From a virus (Duplodnaviria; Heunggongvirae; Uroviricota; Caudoviricetes): a stretch of DNA of 64,000 nucleotides. Shown here piece after piece: positions 37,037 to 45,633 of the stretch. Under the pieces are notes generated by a model. The model had not been told where the DNA came from, searched no databases, and saw nothing but the letters and a program-made list of their open reading frames with translations. The position numbers were made by a program, and so were the translations under genes. Numbering within the stretch: position 1 is the stretch's first letter; each line of letters begins with the position of its first letter. The DNA lies in the IMG/VR virus record IMGVR_UViG_2541047873_000001; one strand, written 5' to 3'.

Positions 37037-37700
37037 TAACCGACCGCTGGCGGTGAGTCTTTGTGATTATACAGGGAATATGGTTTCCCCCTGGCTGGAA
37101 CACGGCATTGATGCAGTCATTGTCGATCCGCAACACCAGGAGTCCGGCAGCCAATTGATGGAGTCAGGTGCTGTACTCACACGTATCAGCGCAATTATTG
37201 ACAGTGATGAGGTCTACAATTTCCTTCGGAAAAATTTGCACAGAGTTGTATTTTTAGCCGGTTTCCCTCCGTGTACTGACCTGGCTGTATCTGGCGCACG
37301 CTGGTTCGCAGATAAAGCGAAAAAAGATCCGGTTTTCCAGTTCAAAGCAATGCAGGTTGTCTGGCAGTGTTACGACATTGCAAAGATGATTGGTTGCCCG
37401 TACATGATTGAAAACCCGGTCAGCCAAATATCGACATTCTGGCGTAAACCTGATCACATATTCCATCCTTATCACTTCACTGCATATTGCAAGGAAGACA
37501 ATTACACCAAAAAAACATGCCTGTGGAGCGGACAAGGATTCATCATGCCAACTCCGCGAATCGACGAGTCGTTAGGTGATCCAGACAACCGAATACACAA
37601 GGCACCGCCAGGACCTGAAAGAGCGAATTTTCGTAGCGCGACACCTTACGGTTTTGCAAGAGCTGTATTTGAAGCAAATAAGGAGGGAATCCGTGGCTGA
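37020..37700 (+). CDS. degenerate C5-cytosine methyltransferase-like protein (start uncertain)
   Basis: AGFPPCTDLAVSGA resembles C5-MTase motif IV (PCQ to PCT), MIENPVS resembles the ENV motif; motif I region degenerate; stop overlaps dam start. Confidence 0.45.
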   Translation: MKQSINNRPLAVSLCDYTGNMVSPWLEHGIDAVIVDPQHQESGSQLMESGAVLTRISAIIDSDEVYNFLRKNLHRVVFLAGFPPCTDLAVSGARWFADKAKKDPVFQFKAMQVVWQCYDIAKMIGCPYMIENPVSQISTFWRKPDHIFHPYHFTAYCKEDNYTKKTCLWSGQGFIMPTPRIDESLGDPDNRIHKAPPGPERANFRSATPYGFARAVFEANKEGIRG

Positions 37701-38610
37701 TATTGGTGCTAAATTTATTTCTTATAGCGACAATCATCGTCCTGCGGCGGAAGCCACTATCAGCCATATGCGACGTATTCGCTCGGAGGACGAATTTGAT
37801 CGCCCCGTCTTTAAGTGGGTCGGCGGCAAATTTTCTGCACTGCCCATTATCTTCGAACACCTGCCCCACGGAAAACGGTTGATAGAACCTTTCGTTGGAG
37901 GTGGCGCTGTTTTCACTAATGCCGGATTTAAAAGCAACCTGCTGAACGATATCAATAATGACCTGATTAACTTCTATCAGACATTGCAGCGTGAAGGGCA
38001 TTCTCTTATCACACTGGCATATCGTTTTTTTCAGGATTACAACTCTGCTGATGCATTTTTGAATGTTCGCAATGCATTCAACAATGGTGCTTATGATTCC
38101 CTTCACCATGCAGCGGCGTTCCTGTATCTCAATCGTCATTGTTTTAATGGCGTCACTCGCTATAACCGTAAAGGAGAGTTCAACGTCGGATATGGAAAGC
38201 AGAAATCCCCCCACTTCCCTCTCGCGGAAATGGAGGCGTTCCTGGCTGACGATATTTCAAAGTATTCGGAATTTGTGTCCGGCGATTTTGCTGGTGTAAT
38301 TGAGGCTGCAGGGAATGATGATGTGATTTTCTGCGATCCCCCCTATGAACCATTGCCCGACACTACCGGATTTACAAATTACTCAGGGCATAGCTTTAGG
38401 TTTGAAGATCAACAACGGCTGGTGTCACTGCTGGTGGATGCCCACAGACGCGGAGCGAAAATTGTGATAACAAACAGTGGTGCGCCTAACATTCGCGAAC
38501 TTTACGTTGGCAATGGCTTCAAGGTGTATCCTATGCCATCCCGTCGCTCTGTATCCTGTAAAGCATCAACCCGAATGATAGCTAACGACATTATAGCCAC
38601 GCTCAATTAA
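37693..38610 (+). CDS. dam: DNA adenine methyltransferase (Dam family)
   Basis: GTG start after aaggaggg RBS; FKWVGGK, EPFVGGGAV, FLYLNRHCFNG, DPPY motifs; hairpin terminator at 38613-38636. Confidence 0.9.
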   Translation: MADIGAKFISYSDNHRPAAEATISHMRRIRSEDEFDRPVFKWVGGKFSALPIIFEHLPHGKRLIEPFVGGGAVFTNAGFKSNLLNDINNDLINFYQTLQREGHSLITLAYRFFQDYNSADAFLNVRNAFNNGAYDSLHHAAAFLYLNRHCFNGVTRYNRKGEFNVGYGKQKSPHFPLAEMEAFLADDISKYSEFVSGDFAGVIEAAGNDDVIFCDPPYEPLPDTTGFTNYSGHSFRFEDQQRLVSLLVDAHRRGAKIVITNSGAPNIRELYVGNGFKVYPMPSRRSVSCKASTRMIANDIIATLN

Positions 38611-38644
38611 GAAAAGCCCCATATGGGGCTTTATAACATCAAAT

Positions 38645-38740
38645 AAACGCCATTACGGTACACTAATAACACCATTCTGGTACTAAAAAGGCATCAAGGT
38701 AGTATCAAAATACCACATGGAACCAAAACGGTGTTATTCC
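38645..38740. repeat. partition-site repeats downstream of parG
   Basis: Repeated aacacc...ggtactaaaa and ggtatcaaaatacc motifs, also found upstream of parA. Confidence 0.5.
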
Positions 38741-38744
38741 GGCG

Positions 38745-39032
38745 TCATTTTGTATCCTCAGACTCTGCAAGCATGAGGATAGCATGGCGGATCATATTCA
38801 ATTTGCTGCGATTATGCTTTTTGCTTAACGCATCAAGTACCTGGTACTCGTATTCATTGAAGCCAACACGAATGGATTTAAAATCACGTGGGGCGTCCTT
38901 ATCGAGCACTTTGTTGTCTTCTGGTTGCTCACCCGGCACCAAATCAGCTTTGCTGGCAAAAGCCTCAATTCGGCGTTCAAGATCGAGGTCTTTTACTTCG
39001 GGGGCTTTTACCGATTTACGAGGCTTAATCAC
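38745..39032 (-). CDS. ParG-like ribbon-helix-helix centromere-binding protein
   Basis: 95 aa; small protein overlapping the ParA stop; C-terminal SIRVGFNEYEYQVLDALSKKHN resembles RHH partition proteins. Confidence 0.5.
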   Translation of the reverse strand: MIKPRKSVKAPEVKDLDLERRIEAFASKADLVPGEQPEDNKVLDKDAPRDFKSIRVGFNEYEYQVLDALSKKHNRSKLNMIRHAILMLAESEDTK

Positions 39033-39666
39033 TTAATAACTCCTTAACCAACATCTGGATTTCACCTTTAGCTTTCCCGTTGTCCATCTCAACAACGCCC
39101 TTCCCTTCAGCCATACAATCGCGGTAAACCTTGCGATCGCGAATGATGGTTTTCAGCAACTTCAGTTGCGGATATTCAGCAAGGTACTCTTTGGCCTCAT
39201 TGGCTTCATTCACAACCGGATTGGATGGGGCCATTGTTAAGACTGCGCACGCCTTAATGCTAGGATTAGGCATCAGATCCAAAGCCTCTTCAAAGACTTC
39301 AACAAAATGCGCCAGCGTGTCTAAATCTGGCTGAGATGGCCTGAATGGAACAAGCAAAACATCCGCCGCAGTAATACCGGTGCGCATCTCTTTGCTATCA
39401 CGACCAGCGGTATCAACAACCACAAATTCATAACGCTTGTCCAGATCAAGAAGTGTTTCACGAATATTCCCAAACTTCTGGACGCAATGAATTACTGGAG
39501 AAACCTCTGCCGCATTACGGTCCGATGCCCAACGGGCAGATGTTCCTTGCTTATCTGCATCAAGTAGAACTACGTCCTTATTTGCGCGGGCAAGCTCCGC
39601 ACAAATGTTTACGCTGGTGGTTGATTTGCCACAGCCACCTTTTTGGCTGGCTACCAATATAATCAT
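39025..39666 (-). CDS. parA: ParA-family partition ATPase (small ParF type)
   Basis: 213 aa; deviant Walker A KGGCGKST at N-terminus, no N-terminal HTH extension. Confidence 0.85.
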   Translation of the reverse strand: MIILVASQKGGCGKSTTSVNICAELARANKDVVLLDADKQGTSARWASDRNAAEVSPVIHCVQKFGNIRETLLDLDKRYEFVVVDTAGRDSKEMRTGITAADVLLVPFRPSQPDLDTLAHFVEVFEEALDLMPNPSIKACAVLTMAPSNPVVNEANEAKEYLAEYPQLKLLKTIIRDRKVYRDCMAEGKGVVEMDNGKAKGEIQMLVKELLSD

Positions 39667-39669
39667 ATC

Positions 39670-39900
39670 CGTTCCTCGGTGTTATTTTGGTATCAAAATG
39701 GTTCCAAACAGAAGCCTTATTGATGCGGTTTTGGCTCTATAGTGGAGTCACTATGCTTTGCAAAAGTATAACACTAAACACTCTAAATTTGCCCTCTGTT
39801 GCATCCTGTTTAACACGAAATCAGCCTCAAAGTGGAACCAGACACAAAACAGCACCATAACAACACCGTTTTGGTACTAAAATAACACCAGATTAGAACC
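39670..39900. repeat. partition-site (centromere) repeats upstream of parA
   Basis: ggtgttattttggtatcaaaatggttcc and aacaccgttttggtactaaaataacacc: iterated GGTA(C/T)(T/C)AAAA and AACACC elements. Confidence 0.55.
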
Positions 39901-39907
39901 ATGACAG

Positions 39908-39936
39908 TATAAAAAAGGCTGCAAATTGCAGCCTTT
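39908..39936 (-). terminator. rho-independent terminator after parR
   Basis: On the minus strand: hairpin ggctgcaatttgcagcc followed by T6. Confidence 0.6.
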
Positions 39937-39951
39937 GAAGATGTAGATTTG

Positions 39952-40317
39952 TTAATCAGGGAGTGAGTTTGCCAAATTCTGTGCAGAGCGGCTTTTCGAA
40001 ACGCCAGGTTTTTTAACATCCACTGAGGCAGAGGGGTTTCCTTCAGGGTTTTCCCGAACTTCAGGCGAAATTTCAAGAAATGAAACCAGCATTTTTCTGA
40101 TCACTTCAGGGCTATTATCACCGGATAAAAGCGATGCCAACATGGGAGGTAATCTGCTATCAACCTCGCCAAGAGCGATACCTGCAAGCATCGCTGTGCG
40201 CGCCATATCATTGCGATCTCTTAATGGATGGCCCTCAAGTTTTGCATCAGCATATTGCTCACTGGCGTTAAGACCAGGACGAAGATAAAACAATACTTTT
40301 CGACGTTCCTGAGACAT
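39952..40317 (-). CDS. parR: ParR-like centromere-binding protein
   Basis: 121 aa directly downstream of parM; N-terminal RKVLFYLRPGLN...ARTAMLAGIAL resembles R1 ParR. Confidence 0.55.
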   Translation of the reverse strand: MSQERRKVLFYLRPGLNASEQYADAKLEGHPLRDRNDMARTAMLAGIALGEVDSRLPPMLASLLSGDNSPEVIRKMLVSFLEISPEVRENPEGNPSASVDVKKPGVSKSRSAQNLANSLPD

Positions 40318-40327
40318 GGCAACCTCA

Positions 40328-41287
40328 TCAACCGATAGATTTTAGACCATAGACAAGAGCAAGTTGTGGATCATCAGCAACGAAAAACCTATCGTCACGA
40401 ATGTTTACCTGCTCACGGATAGCATCAGCAACAAGCGGCGCGCCGCCACCAATGACCATAACATGCGTGTATCCTTTGAAATCACTGATCACATCCAGTA
40501 CGCGTGTACGGAGTCGTTCTATGCTTGACGAAATGGCTTTCTTAACATCATCAATAGCTGACGGATCGTTAATATTGTCGGTCAAATAATCCTCATCATC
40601 ACGATTAATGATTAATTGATCGACATTATAATTAGAGGTTTCGGTATTCGCTTTTGCAAGTGCCTGTCTGACCTCTTTAGTTACCAGCGAAACGCCGAGA
40701 TTAGAATCGCCAAATACGCGAGAAACGGCGGTCATTTGCCCGGCGACCATCGACACATCCAGAGTGGTCCCACCAAGATCAACAATAAGCACAGAATGCG
40801 CTGGCACAAGGCTGTCGCACAGACCGATCCCTGCGGGTATTGACTCCGGGCGCACAGTCACTTTTTTGATAGTAAAAACCTGACCTTTGTTAAGGGTGAC
40901 TGGTCGCATCAGGCTGGCCTTTTTCCGCTCAATATTTTTCATGTTGTATTGTGCGTCGTCGTCATAAAACTCTGCCAGTGGCAACGTGACAACTATTTCC
41001 ACTTCTTGAGGCTCAATGCCACTTGTAAGCAGGGCATGATGAACAGCAAGCACATTAAGCGGGCTGTATTGCCATTCAACGTTATTCGTCGGCAGCACAT
41101 CCGGCGAGATCAAGTCATATGAATATTTTTCGTCATCAATGATGTAGTTAAACGGCTTTCCTGCGCCAAATGTGGCGGACCATCCACGTTTAAAACTGTT
41201 CGGACAGATATGGGTTCGAGTTTCCCCGTCTTGTTCCCACAGCATTTTGATATTGGTAGAACCATCGTCGATAAAAATGCGCATCAT
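40328..41287 (-). CDS. parM: ParM actin-like segregation ATPase
   Basis: Internal start MMRIFIDDGSTNIKM matches the ParM/StbA N-terminus; actin-fold phosphate motifs (DLGGTTLD, VIGGGA). Confidence 0.85.
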   Translation of the reverse strand: MMRIFIDDGSTNIKMLWEQDGETRTHICPNSFKRGWSATFGAGKPFNYIIDDEKYSYDLISPDVLPTNNVEWQYSPLNVLAVHHALLTSGIEPQEVEIVVTLPLAEFYDDDAQYNMKNIERKKASLMRPVTLNKGQVFTIKKVTVRPESIPAGIGLCDSLVPAHSVLIVDLGGTTLDVSMVAGQMTAVSRVFGDSNLGVSLVTKEVRQALAKANTETSNYNVDQLIINRDDEDYLTDNINDPSAIDDVKKAISSSIERLRTRVLDVISDFKGYTHVMVIGGGAPLVADAIREQVNIRDDRFFVADDPQLALVYGLKSIG

Positions 41288-41294
41288 ATTGCTC

Positions 41295-41480
41295 CACTTC
41301 TGAGACACATTTGAGAAAGAATTGAATTTTATATGAGAAAACAAAATAAGACCAGAAGTTAGATAGCGTAAAAAGCATCAAACTAGAGATGTAAAAGAGA
41401 CACAAAAGAGACTTATATGACACATGATATACCCACGATACCCATTTGAGACAAATCAGAGACAAATATGAGAAGTAAGA
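41295..41480. repeat. parC-like centromere iterons
   Basis: At least eight copies of (T/A)GAGA(C/A)A at about 10-11 bp spacing upstream of parM. Confidence 0.6.
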
Positions 41481-41536
41481 AATCTGAAGAGTGAAAATCA
41501 CAAAGTGGAGAAGATTTAAGAAAAAGGAGGTGTTAG

Positions 41537-41821
41537 ATGAGTGCAATAGCGACCAGTGACACAGTTTGTTCTGGTCATGGAGGATTCCCTCCGCGACCTG
41601 TAGCAGAAACAGTTTCCTGGTTTACCGTAAATGGAAAGCCAGTGGTTGTAGATGGGGGAGCGTTCCCCAGCCATACTGACGGAAATAGCGCGCACCCCGG
41701 ATCAGCCGTATCGACGCGCTCATGGTTTGCAATAGGCGGGAAAGGAGTTGTTTGTGTGGGAGATCCCCTTTCTTGTGGCTCAGTCATCGCCAATGGTGAG
41801 GCAATTTTTCAGGTGTCATAA
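41537..41821 (+). CDS. PAAR-domain protein
   Basis: 94 aa; Gly/His-rich with repeated (D/S)GG/GHG elements and conserved Cys typical of PAAR spike-tip proteins. Confidence 0.75.
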   Translation: MSAIATSDTVCSGHGGFPPRPVAETVSWFTVNGKPVVVDGGAFPSHTDGNSAHPGSAVSTRSWFAIGGKGVVCVGDPLSCGSVIANGEAIFQVS

Positions 41822-42615
41822 TGCTTGATTCAATCGCTGAAGTTAATGCATTCAAAATTCTAAATGCATCTGGCACAACTACGCCTGCATCTATCACGCT
41901 AAGTAAAACAGCGTCATCCAATGCCAGTTCTCTGGAAGAGAATATCCAGGCTCTTATCCTGAAGGATAAAGCATACCCGGCGTCGGTGGTTTCATGGGTC
42001 AATCAGCTTTCTGTCTTTTCAGAACAACTGAAAACTGTCAGTGCAGAAGCAACCAATTTAGCCGACTCGCTGTCTCCGTATACTTCGCCAACTGAATTAC
42101 TTCAGATGAAAATTGGCTGGGAATGTTACGTCAAAGGTAATGAGTTATCTCCTCCGCCAGAATTTGCTCTCGTAACAGTTATGGGAGATACCCTGCATCC
42201 GCAATCGCTTATTGACGCGTTGGCTGCATTTGAACTGGTGCCAATCACTTCAGCCATGACTGCTATAAATGCAAAAGTTCAGGCGTCAAGCGGGGAGGCT
42301 TCAGGCAACGGAAGTTCCACCGGAACAACACAGCAACCAGCACTAACAGAAGAAGAGATCAAAGCACTAAAAGACGCTGTGGAAGCAGCAACAGAACAAA
42401 TAAATGCAATAAACAACACGAGCAGTAGTCTCTCAACACTTGCACAGCAAGTTAAGGACTCTACAGGAAAAGCCAAACAGGGACTGGAGAATGCTGTAGC
42501 TATTACGTTAACCGGTTCTCTACTGGGCGATGAAGTAATGAGTCCGGCAATCAGTTTGATCATGCCACAAGGTGTAATCGATGCGCTCCAAAGCAACGCT
42601 AAAAAGGAACCATAA
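41821..42615 (+). CDS. hypothetical protein coupled to PAAR
   Basis: 264 aa; ATG overlaps the PAAR stop (TAATG); Ala/Ser/Thr-rich, no recognisable domain. Confidence 0.5.
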   Translation: MLDSIAEVNAFKILNASGTTTPASITLSKTASSNASSLEENIQALILKDKAYPASVVSWVNQLSVFSEQLKTVSAEATNLADSLSPYTSPTELLQMKIGWECYVKGNELSPPPEFALVTVMGDTLHPQSLIDALAAFELVPITSAMTAINAKVQASSGEASGNGSSTGTTQQPALTEEEIKALKDAVEAATEQINAINNTSSSLSTLAQQVKDSTGKAKQGLENAVAITLTGSLLGDEVMSPAISLIMPQGVIDALQSNAKKEP

Positions 42616-42686
42616 CCACACCATTTAAGCCCATAAATGGTTACAAATTGGTACACATATCACACCAACAAAAAAATCTGAAGAGG

Positions 42687-43145
42687 ATGGTTTTGAAAAA
42701 GATAATTTTGATAGTAGTTGCGCTTTTAGCCATTTATGGAATTTACCGTACTACGGCGGCAGTTATCGATCACATCAGGTATATCCGTTCCCTGGAAGAC
42801 TCAAAATCACAACTTGAAAGCGAGAACAACACGCTTTCTACCGCATTGCAGTTAAGTGAAAAGTCGCGATCTGCCATGATGGCTGAAAACGAAAGAATTA
42901 AAACACTGGAGAAGGAGTACCAGCGCAAAACAGCAGAACTGAATACCAGCCTGATCAAACAACGGGAGGAAAGCCAGAATGAAATCAATCGTCTTGAAAC
43001 TGCGTTACGCAATGCCGGGGTTAATGATGTGCGTGTGCCTGATGACGTTATCAGGATGCAGCGGGAACGGGCAAAAGAAATCAATCAGCGTGCCAATGCA
43101 AATTACCGTAGAAGCCACCAGCAAACCGCAGGGAAATCTGATTGA
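42687..43145 (+). CDS. i-spanin (Rz-like)
   Basis: N-terminal transmembrane helix then coiled-coil periplasmic domain; start chosen at MVLKK after RBS. Confidence 0.6.
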   Translation: MVLKKIILIVVALLAIYGIYRTTAAVIDHIRYIRSLEDSKSQLESENNTLSTALQLSEKSRSAMMAENERIKTLEKEYQRKTAELNTSLIKQREESQNEINRLETALRNAGVNDVRVPDDVIRMQRERAKEINQRANANYRRSHQQTAGKSD

Positions 43146-43302
43146 TTATACCCCTTGCATAGTGCCAGAGGACACGCCTGTGCTGTTAAACAAGTATCCG
43201 GCATACACTGAACAGTTATTCAGCACTATCGATGAATGCAACCGACGAAACGCACTGAATAACCAAAGGAATAGGGAGATTTGGGAAGGGAAGGGGGGTT
43301 AA
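42979..43302 (+). CDS. o-spanin (Rz1-like lipoprotein), overlapped architecture
   Basis: Signal peptide with lipobox LSGC; begins in an alternate frame inside the i-spanin gene and extends beyond it. Confidence 0.6.
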   Translation: MKSIVLKLRYAMPGLMMCVCLMTLSGCSGNGQKKSISVPMQITVEATSKPQGNLIDYTPCIVPEDTPVLLNKYPAYTEQLFSTIDECNRRNALNNQRNREIWEGKGG

Positions 43303-43485
43303 GGCTCCTGAAGCCAGATGTCCTGGCTGTCAGCTTCTTCGAAACCGTGACAGACGTTAAAGTCACTCAAGCGATACTGGCGCTGACGGCCTCTATTTCG
43401 CTCATGCCAATGCATATATCCACCAGCAAATTGAACCGCCCCGGGAATCCTGGAGACTAAACTTCCTGAGAAAGAGGTAAACAGG

Positions 43486-43812
43486 ATGACTAAAAATACT
43501 CGTTTTTCCCCCGAAGTCCGTCAACGGGCAGTCCGTATGGTTCTGGAAAGTCAGAGCGAATATGACTCACAATGGGCGACAATTTGTTCCATTGCTCCAA
43601 AGATTGGCTGTACGCCGGAGACTCTGCGTGTCTGGGTTCGCCAGCATGAGCGGGATACCGGGGGCGGTGATGGAGGGCTCACCACCGCTGAACGTCAGCG
43701 TCTGAAAGAGCTGGAACGTGAAAATCGTGAACTGCGCCGCAGTAACGATATCCTTCGCCAGGCTTCCGCTTATTTTGCGAAGGCGGAGTTCGACCGCCTC
43801 TGGAAAAAATGA
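43486..43812 (+). CDS. IS629 transposase OrfA
   Basis: 108 aa HTH/leucine-zipper protein, recognised as IS629 OrfA by eye. Confidence 0.9.
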   Translation: MTKNTRFSPEVRQRAVRMVLESQSEYDSQWATICSIAPKIGCTPETLRVWVRQHERDTGGGDGGLTTAERQRLKELERENRELRRSNDILRQASAYFAKAEFDRLWKK

Positions 43813-44699
43813 TGCCACTGCTGGATAAGCTGCGTGAGCAGTACGGGGTCGGACCGCTATGCAGCGAACTGCATATTGCCCCGTCAACGTATTACCACTG
43901 TCAGCAACAGCGACATCATCCGGATAAACGCAGTGCCCGTGCGCAGCGCGATGACTGGCTGAAGAAAGAGATACAGCGCGTATACGATGAAAATCACAAG
44001 GTATACGGTGTGCGTAAAGTCTGGCGTCAGTTGTTACGGGAAGGTATCAGAGTGGCCAGATGCACTGTGGCACGTCTCATGGCGGTTATGGGACTTGCCG
44101 GTGTTCTCCGGGGTAAAAAGGTCCGTACGACCATCAGCCGGAAAGCCGTTGCCGCAGGCGACCGCGTAAACCGTCAGTTCGTGGCAGAACGACCTGACCA
44201 GCTGTGGGTGGCTGATTTTACTTACGTCAGCACATGGCGGGGCTTCGTCTATGTGGCGTTCATCATTGATGTGTTTGCCGGATACATCGTGGGGTGGCGG
44301 GTCTCATCGTCCATGGAAACGACATTCGTGCTGGATGCACTGGAGCAGGCGTTATGGGCCCGTCGACCGTCCGGCACGGTCCATCACAGTGATAAAGGTT
44401 CTCAGTATGTATCGCTGGCCTACACACAGCGGCTTAAGGAAGCCGGATTACTGGCATCAACAGGAAGTACAGGCGACTCGTATGACAACGCGATGGCGGA
44501 GAGCATCAATGGTCTTTACAAAGCGGAGGTAATACACCGTAAGAGCTGGAAAAACCGTGCAGAAGTGGAACTGGCCACACTCACGTGGGTGGACTGGTAT
44601 AACAATCGACGATTGCTGGAAAGGCTGGGCCATACTCCTCCGGCAGAAGCAGAAAAAGCTTATTATGCTTCCATCGGAAACGATGATCTGGCAGCCTGA
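43809..44699 (+). CDS. IS629 transposase OrfB (DDE catalytic domain)
   Basis: 296 aa in the -1 frame relative to orfA, overlap at the A-rich aaaaaatg region consistent with programmed frameshifting. Confidence 0.9.
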   Translation: MMPLLDKLREQYGVGPLCSELHIAPSTYYHCQQQRHHPDKRSARAQRDDWLKKEIQRVYDENHKVYGVRKVWRQLLREGIRVARCTVARLMAVMGLAGVLRGKKVRTTISRKAVAAGDRVNRQFVAERPDQLWVADFTYVSTWRGFVYVAFIIDVFAGYIVGWRVSSSMETTFVLDALEQALWARRPSGTVHHSDKGSQYVSLAYTQRLKEAGLLASTGSTGDSYDNAMAESINGLYKAEVIHRKSWKNRAEVELATLTWVDWYNNRRLLERLGHTPPAEAEKAYYASIGNDDLAA

Positions 44700-45081
44700 G
44701 TTCACAGATAAAACACTCTCCAGGAAACCCGGGGCGGTTCAAATGCCAGCGGACAATCGCTATAGTCGATGTAGCCAATACCATTACCCAAACGCGCTTC
44801 GCGCGCCCCGGCTTTCCAGGACAGCAGAAAAGAGTCACGATCTGCCAGCATGACTACAAAATCATCTGGATCGCCTATGCAGTGAAGAATGCCTGCCTTG
44901 CATAACTGTTTGAGTGCCTTGGACTGACTCAGGATGTCTTCACCGTAATACTGAAAACAATCATCAACAATAGCGGGATAGCCAGCGGGTGGATTCAGGC
45001 TGGTTGGTATAGCTGACGCGATAGCCAGCATTAAACGATATTGTGTTTTCGATGGGTTCGCGTGACTCATGTTTCCTCTAC

Positions 45082-45474
45082 TCACTGTCTCCATGCATTT
45101 TTCAGCTCCGGAATATCAGCCATTTCAACCAGCTTCCGAAGCCCCGCGCTGACCTTCCCATTACCAACCGCAGCAAGCCAATCCCTTACTGACTTCGGCA
45201 TATAAAGAGTGGTGGTTACAGGATCTTCCACTCTTACAGGTGTGCCGATTTGAGGCCACTTAACAGATGCCAAAACGTCAGAAGGCGGGGTAAGCGCGGG
45301 AACATTAAGAATAGCCTTTCCTGAATGGAGAATCACGATTCGTTCAGCCAGGGAAAGAATGTCTCTTTCAGTAAGGATTGATGACAGTTGAGCTTCTACA
45401 AGGCATCTGCTGCTTGTATTCAGAGAATGGCTTTTAGCACCATTTTTGTATGAAACGAAGATCTTGTACGCCAT
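45082..45474 (-). CDS. hypothetical protein
   Basis: 130 aa; first gene of the leftward operon fronted by operator-like sites at 45491-45554. Confidence 0.5.
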   Translation of the reverse strand: MAYKIFVSYKNGAKSHSLNTSSRCLVEAQLSSILTERDILSLAERIVILHSGKAILNVPALTPPSDVLASVKWPQIGTPVRVEDPVTTTLYMPKSVRDWLAAVGNGKVSAGLRKLVEMADIPELKNAWRQ

Positions 45475-45490
45475 TTGTTCTAATGTTTTA

Positions 45491-45554
45491 TGTTAGAAAA
45501 TTAAGATTAAACCATACTAACACAAGATTGTTAACGAAAATTATTTTTCTAATG
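45491..45554. promoter_or_regulatory. C1 operator-like sites in divergent promoter region
   Basis: tgttagaaaattaag (inverted) and ttttctaatgc cores between the leftward operon and the capsid gene. Confidence 0.45.
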
Positions 45555-45633
45555 CTATTGACTAAATAACAAAGTGAGTATTGTCACCTCGTCAAAAGAA
45601 TCTTCACGCCGCGCCCGAATTTAGGGTTTAACC

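Larger units (their letters stand above)
43432..44741 (+). mobile_element. IS629 (IS3 family) insertion sequence
   Basis: 1310 bp bounded by imperfect inverted repeats tgaaccgccccggg ... cccggggcggttca; flanked by 3 bp direct repeat aat; orfA/orfB arrangement. Confidence 0.9.
43299..45070 (-). pseudogene. hypothetical gene interrupted by IS629
   Basis: Minus-strand reading frame continues across the IS junctions once the IS and one copy of the duplicated aat are removed, giving an intact ORF of about 150 aa. Confidence 0.6.
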
